From Haliotis rubra (taxonomy: Eukaryota), in NCBI RefSeq assembly GCF_003918875.1, contig NW_025767213.1, positions 2,418,001-2,482,000 on the forward strand: a stretch of DNA of 64,000 nt, given 5' to 3'. Position numbers and translations under genes: made by a program. Numbering within the stretch: position 1 is the stretch's first letter; each line of letters opens with the position of its first letter. Shown here in pieces: positions 53,941 through 64,000 of this stretch. The notes below the pieces were generated by a model that did no database searches, was not told the DNA's origin, and saw only the letters and a program-made list of their open reading frames with translations.

Positions 53941-54856
53941 CAAGTTTAAATCTAGTTATACTTTTTCACCTACAATCTCATCGCGGTTTGCACATCATCA
54001 GCTCTTGCCAGACTGTCTTTTTACAACAGAAGAGTTAGTTCCGTAATAACAGTACTTACAGTACAGCGTCTGAGTACTTATGGTTCAAAAGAAACCTAAA
54101 GCGATGGTGCCACTTACTTAAGGAACTTTTAAAACTGCAATAAAAAGAAAATAGAAGGTAGACTGAGACAAACACATTGCTCGGTTGTCATACATAAAAC
54201 TGTAGATTGTCCCACCAGATAGACGTCCCCAGGAACTGTCTCTGAAGCGACCTCGGAATATGCAACATGCTCTGGCGCCTGTCTGTCTCTCCTTAAGAGG
54301 CCCGTATTCCATCCCGCATAAGTACCGTGGCAATTCCACAGATAGGTCAGTATTTGCAAGTCAATCAGTTCGTTGTCATTTGCCACTTAAATCCCACGAT
54401 TACGACCAGAATGAAAACATGATAACATTTACATAAGAGCCCTCATCGAAATACAACCTAAATCCCAGTCGGCTAAAAACAGACATTGTATTTGCTTACA
54501 AATAGAATTTTGCTTACGTAACATAGAGCTATGTCATTATCTTTGCTTGCTATCGTTGCGAGTTATTTACATTAGAATTGAATTCAGGGCCAGATGATGG
54601 TGAGTGTGGTGTTTCTTATCAAGCCAAGTAACAGGGCATGTTGTAGGTGTCGGTTTGTGGCTGGTACAAGTACGTCGTCGGCGATGGGAGGGAACTGATG
54701 GGACGATGCAGACATGCCCTGCCACGAACCCGCAGCATTGTTGTCGATGCCAACATCCTGAAATGAAATGAAACGTAACAATATAATATATCCAGACAAA
54801 TTATGAAAATGATTTACCGTGACAGCGCAGTGCTATTTAAAGACAGTGAGTGGGTG

Positions 54857-55169
54857 CAGTGTGCGAAATAGTTTCCAAATTGATCTAGCCATTCGGGCAA
54901 GCTATGCCTGAAAGTTACTAGCCCACAAAATAATTCACAAGCCCGAAATTTGAATGTAGACATGGGTTTCATCATTAAGCTGCTGATATGATGAACATTT
55001 TTATCAGGCTATAATCTTGCATGATTTAAAAGTGTTAACTTAACAATTCGGAGAGAGTGATATATTTACAAAATGACCCCAGGAAAAGTCACTAGCCTGT
55101 CGGGCCAGTGACTGTGGAGATTTACTGTCCCGACTGGATTTTTACTAGCCACGGCCTACTCGAACACTG
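54857..55169. mobile_element. hAT-like MITE
   Basis: TIR CAGTGTGCGA / TCGAACACTG; 8-bp TSD AGTGGGTG / GGTGGGTG. Confidence 0.75.
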
Positions 55170-55204
55170 GGTGGGTGAGTTGGGTTTAAGGCATCAGATA
55201 TATA

Positions 55205-55697
55205 CTCTTTAAAAAAAGTAGGGGAACCTGAACTTTCAATTTGGATAGGAAGTATTAGGAAACATTTCAAAGACAGACATCTGAACGCACCACCATTTCT
55301 CTTTATCACCACCCCTAAACACATCACATGGGATGCAGGTGCTCGACGCAGTAGCCCCATACACGTCGTTGGGGTGTCATTCTTGATTTTTCAAGAAGGT
55401 CGATAAATCACTGTAGACCAATTAATTTTGCAATCATCTTGCATCACACAGTTGCTTGCGTGTGTTTCTAGCCGGAATTTTGTTTGAAAATGAAAATCGT
55501 ACACATGCACATTTCAGGTCACACACCAGTCATCTTCCAAGAGCGATTACTGTACAAACAACTATGGTCATAAGGACGTGTAAGTGGTGATGAACTCTCA
55601 AAACATTCATTATTATCATATCAAGATTGACTGACTCCGATATATCTCCCAATTTTTTCAATCGTAAATTGAAAGTTCCCCTACTTGTTTTTAAGAG
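55205..55697. mobile_element. Non-autonomous Tc1/mariner element
   Basis: TIR CTCTTTAAAAAAAGTAGGGGAAC / GTTCCCCTACTTGTTTTTAAGAG flanked by TA. Confidence 0.88.
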
Positions 55698-58170
55698 TAT
55701 ATGTTACATCTCAGCACGCCAGCTAAATACATGGGCAGGGTCGAACTGACATGTAGGTAAACAGGTATGGGGTTGACGGGCAATGGATATAATCATCGAG
55801 AATACGAGGACCGTGGCAGGCTCCTGCAGCGGCTAAGGGATGGAACTCTGCACATCGGTGGGCGACATATCATCACTGCCACCCGTTGTATTGCGGGTTG
55901 CTGAAACTAAGACAAACACCTGATTTACCAAATAAGAGATGATTTTGCATGACAGTGACGTGAAATTACTTTTCGATGGTATATTTCACGTTTCAAATAC
56001 AATTTATGTTTAAAATGCCCATTGCTGTCCTCTATAACGTATTCATAGTGATATCCCTGTCATTGAATTTCCACGCTCTGAATGTCAAATATTTTAATTT
56101 TATATTTAAATATTCATATGGGATATTCTATTCAAAACTCTATCTAAAGCAGAAGCAGTCCACACATTCCACTTTTTAAAACCAAATTGACTTGTCTATT
56201 AAGCATGTGAATCTACATGTTAAGTAAACACGGGTCTAGTCCTCCTGTTGTCGATGTGGTCAATGCGCATCATACAAAGTCCCATACTCAAACCATTAAC
56301 AGCTTATTGATGCCAGCTCATCCCATTATCAAACATTTTATATGGTTCAAGTGTATTTGTCGGTCAAGTCCTTTCTAACAAGATTCTTTGAAAGTTTATT
56401 TTCCATGTGGAAGAAAATTCGAATAAAGATTATTTTCGGAAATTTGCCTTTTGTAGAGGAGTAGCATGGGCCTTTGATGAGATGGGTTACAGTCGTATAA
56501 AATAAAAATACCGCTGAGAACAACGCCTTTAAAATAAAAAGAACAGTTTTGCAATTTGCGAAAGTGTCTCCAGTTCAAAGTAAGATTCGAATCCAATTCT
56601 AATTTTTATGAAATAGATTAGATTTGAAAATTGCCTTTCCCATCTGACCCAGAATAACTACGATGTTTTACGGCCAAAATGGAATATTACCTTGGATATG
56701 TTGAGCTTATGAAGTATCGGTGTCTTTCTTGTGGCATCTGTTCCATTTCAACCTAACGGCCTTGTTGATAAAAGACAGATTTCACCGTAATAAAATGACC
56801 CTGGGATCTTCCCGATCTCTCGGCAGTAGCTTACGCACGGACTGTGACGTCACAGGCAGGAAATTGCACTGTAAATCTACCAATCAATTAAAACTGACTA
56901 CCACGGAAGAAAACTCAATTGCCGAGCGCGCAAAAGAAAATTCAATTTTACAGCCTTTTCTAGCAAAGTGAACATACAGGATAAAATCAATTTGGAGATA
57001 TTATTTCTGAGGACGGTCCGATTACGACTGAGAAAAGGGCAGCGTATTTATGGGCAGACAGGGGTCCGAGTCGTGGCCTATCAACAAAGGAGGAATTAAG
57101 GCACACCAAACTGTTAGTGAAAGGGAATTCTCAAACCAATAAGAGCACGTCTTGTCCGATAAAAAGAAGTTGAGATCAATCGTCAAAGTGAGCACAATTA
57201 ATCAACAGAATTACTCTACACCTAACAAAAAACAGGCAGTGAGATCGGTGCGGATTCCTCAATCCTAAATTCGATTTGTTTGCCTGTGAACTCGGAAATG
57301 TAGAAGAGAAGGTTCACGTGTGATTTGACTCGCTCATGGTCAATGAATCTTCGGCGAAAAGGGCTCATCTGTGGATGGCGGAGCACACTGGCCTGACGAT
57401 GAACTCGGCCAACACTCCGAGGGGTTTCTGGTGCGATGAACTCACCTGCTGTCGCTCCGGAAGAACTGTCGGGGATTCCATCAAGGCAGGACATCTTTGT
57501 TACCACAAAAGGGTCTAACATGAAGACGTGATGCGCTGAAACAAAGGCTGTTTCTAAAGTCCTTTCATACTGACGATTCAGACATATAAAGGGTGGATGG
57601 TAAAATGGATGTTAACTGGCAGAACGAGCGAGTCTCTAATTTTGAAGGCTATCAGCTAAAAGGATCACACAAGGTATTCAGCCAGGCGACCTATCATGCC
57701 AGTAACGTCGACAGCACTTTGGCTCCTCGAAAACAGACAACGGTCCGTGGGTTCTTCTTCAAATCCTGTATTACATTCCGTCTTATTATTTTAAGAGAAC
57801 AGCAACAGAGGTACATTTCAAATAAACTGACTTTGACTTCTTTTATGCAATCGGTTTATTAAGTGCAGTCATCGATGTTTTTTTTCTTAAAGGAGCACAC
57901 CGTCCACGCGACGTTTCCTAAATGAACACGCCAGTGAAATTTTGTTGACAGTGCCACATCTTAAAGGTGAACAGTCGGATACAGAAGGGTGTTAAACACT
58001 TATGCTTTAGATGGAGATTGCCAGCGATATCTATCGAAATCTCAGCTGTAGAAAGCCAACCCCCCACCCCCAACACACACACACACACATAAACATTTAT
58101 TTGTATTTAGAAATTCCCGACGAATTTGAAGAAGAGAACCCAAATGACTCAACCAATCAACATTGCAGTA

Positions 58171-58420
58171 AACGGCGCCAACACAACCACCGTCCTCATC
58201 AACGGCGCCAACACAACCACCGTCCTCATCAACGGCGCCAACACAACCACCGTCCTCGTCAACGGCGCCAACACAACCACCGTCCTCATCAACGGCGCCA
58301 ACACAACCACCGTCCTCGTCAACGGCGCCAACACAACCACCGTCCTCATCAACGGCGCCAACACAACCACCGTCCTCGTCAACGGCGCCAACACAACCAT
58401 CCTACTGATCGACGGTACAA
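58171..58420. repeat. 30-bp minisatellite (~8 copies)
   Basis: AACGGCGCCAACACAACCACCGTCCTC(A/G)TC. Confidence 0.95.
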
Positions 58421-61400
58421 ACATGGTGATGGACAATTTCAAATTTTAAAGATCGTCCTGATATTTTGTCCAGTATGAAGATGTGGTATCCATGTCGTAT
58501 TCTGAGTAATAGTCACCGGTCTATAATTAATTTTCTTCGCAATGATACCATTCTCAGGGGAGGCCGATACCTTAACTAGATACAAATGACACTCCTTAAA
58601 TTCCTAATGACGCTATAATGTGGCTATTAACTGATATTGCGGTGTTGCGTGCGGAATATTATCACATTCTGAGGATCAAAGAAATTTAAAAGAGCTCTCC
58701 GCATTACACCGCGCAGCGTGTCTCTGTCAGGAGACTTACCTGAAGCCATCTGGCGAGAAAATTATGCAACACGTTCATTTAGTCATTAATGGCTAACTAT
58801 GAAAGGCTATCAGAGAATATGGTCGAACCCATGGGTTCCAACTCTGCTGTTATGTGTTTCTGCAAGCGACCGTTACTCCTTTAATACCAAACCACTCATT
58901 AAAGCAAATTGGGTCACCCTCTCAAAACGTGTTCGGGGTCAAAGTGCCTACGACAAAGCATCCGTCTATGTTATTTGAAAAAAAATATTTCATCATAGTT
59001 GTTAGTACAGGATGAAAAGTATAAAAAAAACACTGTCAAACATGATCCGTGTTTGTTAAGTCTATATTTCTATTTGAATTCGTTCATGTACAAGAAACTG
59101 TGAGAGGGGTCGATAAGTCATACACAACGTCAACCTATGTCATAATATGTGAAAAAGATTGATGTGTTGCTATGGGAACCGTTAATTTCAAGCATTACAC
59201 GCAATGTAACGGTACGGAACTAGAAGGGCGAATAAAAACGTAACACGATGTATCCTAAAAAATGGTGAAAGTAATATGAGAAAGTGAATTTTGAGAAAGT
59301 GCAGCTTCGCCTTGTTTGCACTTAAGACAATCTATGGATTGATGTCGGGGCAATTTTCGTCAGGAGGGAATATCAATCGATAACCAAACACCATCAGTTG
59401 TTGGCTTTCTGACCCATGCCGATCCGAAAGATCGAGAAGAACTAGTCGCTCCTCAATCATGTGTCAGTAAATGGACATACTCTCCATTTTTGATGCAGAT
59501 GGTTTACAGTGCATGCTCCAGCATGGCGTAAGATGACACCGCGGTCGCGGAATACCTCCTTTGAGTGTTACTAAACACTCCCACAGTTTTGTCGATAGAA
59601 AACTGTCAGTTCTGTTTCATGTAATCTTAACTTTCCAATGCAAATGTTTGACTTGACCAAGAATAAATTAAATCATGGTATTTTGCCATGCGAGTCGTGC
59701 GCGTCAGTGGCAGGTTCACACGCCTCCAAAATTTCATGTGATCGTGGTATCAGCGGCAAGAGCTGGCACAAGGACGGGGCCAACTGAAAGAGTCATCAGT
59801 ATCCCACGAAATGTCTCAGCAGGACTGATGTCGGTTTACTTTTTAAACAATAAATCCATCAAAGACAAATTTAAATCATTGATTAGTGAGTGTATCAAAA
59901 CTGTTACGATTGCTGAAAGTGATTTACCGTTTTAAGAATGTAATTGAGAAATATATCCCAAATGAATGCTCGATATATCGGGGAAAATATGTTTGGCGAC
60001 AAAGGCTTGTACATGTGTGACTATCAAAGAGAGGCTATTACTATCACCCCAAACAGGGACATTGCAGATATCGTGGTTCCTACTTTAAAGACGTTAAGAA
60101 AATGTCAACGAACGAGCTGATATGGTATCAATCGGATGAAACGATATCATTCCTCATTTTTGCATTTTCCAAACTTTTTCAGTCAAGCCGTGGCTTGCTT
60201 TGAAACACCCTATTCATTAATACACAAATGATGTTCATTTCAATCTTATGTGCACATGGTTCTAACATTTGAATATGTCAGTAATTAATTTTATTGATGT
60301 TTGCTGATATATAACATAATCTTGAATTGGGAAGTATTGCTCTTTCAATATTGTGTCCCTCTTCCATCTTTAGGACGCTTCAGGGATCCCTCCAGCCAAC
60401 ATCAAACGACAAGCCATCTGTGATTTCTCTCAAGGTTCCCAGTATGGTCAAAGATTCATTGCCGAGGTGTACACAAAATAGGCCAATCCAATTCTTTCTC
60501 AAAGAATTTCCAGCAACGAGGAGTCACAAGTAAGAAAGATGTAATCATCTTTTTGATGTCCCAAATCAACTTTGATAAAGGCATTGCGTGGGGAGGTTAA
60601 GGAAATCCCAGAAACAACCCGGAGTTCCTTTTCACAAAGGATCCCATCAATTTGGAAACCGATGCAAGAAACAGGGTAATCAATCTACAAAGACATTTAT
60701 GGAAAATGGGTGTTGGATATATTTTTCACGACAGTTTTATCAGTTTATGTAAATGATACTGAGAACGAATTAGGATATTTTCTTTTCTGGCAGCCTCAAA
60801 GGAAACGTGGCCTGTATGTCTCGCTTTACTGAAATATTTTATACATTCACCATAACATCTTTTATAAGTCCCAGTGGGCTTTTTCTGAAATATAGTTTCC
60901 ATGACATTCCTCTATCTTGAACGTTGTTTCTGGTGTTAAAAGAACACCATGGCACAGGGTCAAACAGTCACGTGATGATTATAATTCAAAGATGATAACC
61001 TTGGTACGTGCGATTATTGGGTCCTGGTAGTACAAAGATTTTTTCAACGTTCTACATGATAATGACGTGGACATTTATGTTCAAGTAGGAACCATCATAC
61101 AAGATTCACGTGGGTAAGAGACAAATTATCCTAAGCAGAGTTAAACACTTCCAATGCCCTTTTACCGCAGGCAAAGGGTCAAGGACAACGCCAAATATAT
61201 GAAAGATCATGTTCCACAAAAAGGGTAGACGTTATCGTTATCAATACACAACAGCAGCCATATATGTGTAACAATTGTTATTGTTGTTTTTAAGAACAGA
61301 CGTTTTCTACGTTTCTACACCCTAAACTAATGCTTAAGAGATGTATGTTATGAAAAGAACATTGAATCCAACATCATTAAATAAAAATACAGCGAGTTCT

Positions 61401-62059
61401 TCCTGCGCCCTGCAATTTCAAACAAGTACTTTCAGTAATGATTTCAATCTGGCGACAATGTGTCTTTAGGTTTGGTTAACTCAACAGACAAAAGACAACC
61501 AACCACCTGCCAGACAGTTTTTTTACGACCCGAGACTCTGCATCTCGTTCAGCCATCATACAGATCTCAGTCACTGACAGCATTCTTTTACGTGACTGTC
61601 TGAAATGGAAGGTTGATCAACCAATTTTGCCGGGGACGCGGTTCTTGGGGCTATGTCTGTCACTTCAAATGACATTTTGTTGAGAGGGATTTTTATCTGG
61701 AAAACATTATATTCAATAAACAGACAATATAATGTTCGCATCAACAAATATTAGTGTCCTGGCCGCCATTTGGTTACTACCATTTTCACACTTCACGATA
61801 AACTCGTCCTATTCCATCATTACCTTTACGTATCTTAATCAATATTTAAAGAGCAAGAAACTCCTCGAGCTAGACAGTTGACGTGTCATGTGTATTCCAC
61901 AGGCAGACAAAGAGCTGGGATATACCACCATATAATGTTTGGATATGTTCGTTGGCAATTTGCCGAAGTACACAAAAGATGTATCAACACTTTCCGTTTT
62001 TATTACATGAGTACATTCAGTTCGATTTAACTATAGATGCTGGTAGGGAGATGGCTGCA

Positions 62060-62152
62060 GTGTGTGTAACACCCTACAACACTCTCTGGTGTTCCCCGCC
62101 TTGATATTGCGGGAATATTGGTAAAAACGGCGTAAAAACTCACTCACTCACT
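62060..62152 (+). mobile_element. SINE 3' fragment
   Basis: TCTGGTGTTCCCCGCC..GATATTGC...CGGCGTAAAAACTCACTCACTCAC. Confidence 0.8.
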
Positions 62153-62399
62153 CCAGTATGTCTGAGCTGGAATATTGGATCTTATACCTGTGTTGGAAAG
62201 TCTGACGTCACTTAGAACCCGCCAATGTCAATAACCTTCAGGCACGTCAATCACGGATCCTCTGACACATGCCACACCTACCTCCATCACACCTTACCCA
62301 AACTTCGTCACACCCTACAACTACCCATCATCCCAACCGATACCTACTCCCTGTCACACGTTGCAACCGAACGCCTCCCCACCCACACCTGCCCTCGTT

Positions 62400-63660
62400 A
62401 CAGCATACAATAGCTCGCCTCTACACCCTACTCTAACATCCGTCACATCCCACACCAACACTCATAACACCCTACCCTTCATCGTCTCCTACGCTCACCT
62501 CCATACCATGATGACTGCCCGCCTCCACACCCTATTCTAACATTCGTCACACCCCACACCAACACTCATAACACCCTAGCCTCCGTCATTTCCTACACTG
62601 ACATCCATGACACCCTATGACTGCCACACCATCACATCCTACAACTACTTGCTGTCACACCCCACTAGCACCAACCATCACATCCTACAACTACTCGCTG
62701 TCACATCTCACTAGCACCTACCATCACATCCTACAACTACTCGCTGTCACTTTTCACAAGCACCTACCATCACATCCCACAATTATTCGCTGTCACATCC
62801 CACAAGCACCCACCATCACATCCTACAACCACTCGCTGTCACTTCTCACAAGCACCCACCATCACACCCTACAACTACTCGCTGTCAGTTCTCACAAGCA
62901 CCCACCATCACATCCTACAACCACTCGCTGTCACTTCTCACAAGCACTTACAATTATTTGCTGTCACATCCCACAAGCACCCACCATCACATCCAATTCA
63001 CAATTTGCTGTCACATCCCACAAGCACCCACCATCACATCCTACAACCACTCGCTGTCACTTCTCACAAGCACCTACCATCACATCCTACAACTACTCGC
63101 TGTCAGTTCTCACAAGCACCCACCATCACACCCTACAACTACTCGCTGTCACTTCTCACAAGCACCCACCATCACACCCTACAACTACTCGCTGTCAGTT
63201 CTCACAAGCACCTACCATCACATCCTACAATTACTCGCTGTCAGTTCTCACAAGCACCCACCATCACACCCTACAACTACTCGCTGTCAGTTCTCACAAG
63301 CACCTACCATCACATCCTACAACTACTCGCTGTCAGTTCCCACAAGCACCCACCATCACACCCTACAACTACTCGCTGTCACTTCTCACAAGCACCCAAC
63401 ACCACACCCAGAACTACCCAGATAGCAATGTCCGTTGGGCCAATGTTGGACCAACATTGGCCATCATTGTGCCTACACCCTACTCGCTGTCAGTTCCCCA
63501 ATCACCAAAGCACCATCACATCCTACAACCACTCGCTGTCACTTCCCCCAAGCACCTACCATCACATCCTACAACCACTCGCTGTCACATCCCACAAGCA
63601 CCCACCATCACATCCTACAACTACTCGCTGTCAGTTCTCACAAGCACCCACCATCACATT
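62400..63660. repeat. C/A-rich 46-bp minisatellite with a degenerate leader
   Basis: Unit CAAGCACCCACCATCACATCCTACAACTACTCGCTGTCAGTTCTCA. Confidence 0.93.
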
Positions 63661-64000
63661 TAGGAACTGCCACACCTGATATCCCACACGTCCCAACCGC
63701 CAGAGCTGCCAGACACGACCTAGCTACGTCAGTATCAGTCACAACCATCACCTACTTACCGTTACACCCTATACCTTCCCGCCTTTACCTACCCGTCGTC
63801 ACACCCTGAAAACTCGCATCCACACCCCTAACACCCTTCTGGGTCATGAACATTTCACTGAAAATACTACCCCAATTGAACTAAAAAAAATTATTTGATG
63901 CTTGGCAAAAATCAATTTTGATATAAAAACGTTAAAGTACAGCATAATTTGATTTTTTCAAACCCTTCTAAATGTCATCCAGTACTATTGTCCTAAAAAC

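Noticed and set aside
62617-63809. His/Pro/Thr-rich ORFs of 348, 224 and 155 aa
   Set aside because: 46-bp satellite with a unit length not divisible by 3.

Overview
AT-rich, repeat-dense animal genomic DNA. It is probably a gastropod mollusc, because the SINE families look abalone-like from recall (not verified). There is one assembly gap (7872-8005) and no long intact ORF. The dominant structure is a tandemly amplified ~10-11 kb unit. Three clear copies lie at ~21.8-33.2, 33.2-43.2 and 43.2-51.5 kb, with older partial copies at ~2.3-5.5 and ~11.9-12.6 kb. Translating the conserved blocks across frameshifts shows they are largely decayed two-exon cystine-knot cytokine genes. The clearest (three copies, minus strand) carries the IL-17 signature (E/D)SNRYPxxIxHAxKCxxxxC...LLR...VxxA(C)V(C). 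Three further degenerate paralog families (IL-17/Trunk-PTTH/noggin-like) sit in mixed orientations next to CRE/kappaB/STAT/TATA-rich promoter remnants. The region therefore looks like a birth-and-death graveyard of an inducible cytokine cluster. One apparently intact 3-exon gene on the minus strand (10166-4056) encodes a ~65-aa secreted peptide precursor I cannot identify. The rest is transposon-derived or satellite DNA: a frameshifted DD34E Tc1 element plus a second remnant, MITEs, tRNA-SINEs with TSDs, two solo-LTR-like copies, Penelope RT relics, a Penelope-type hammerhead ribozyme in an inverted repeat, and several minisatellites. All alignments and counts were done by eye.
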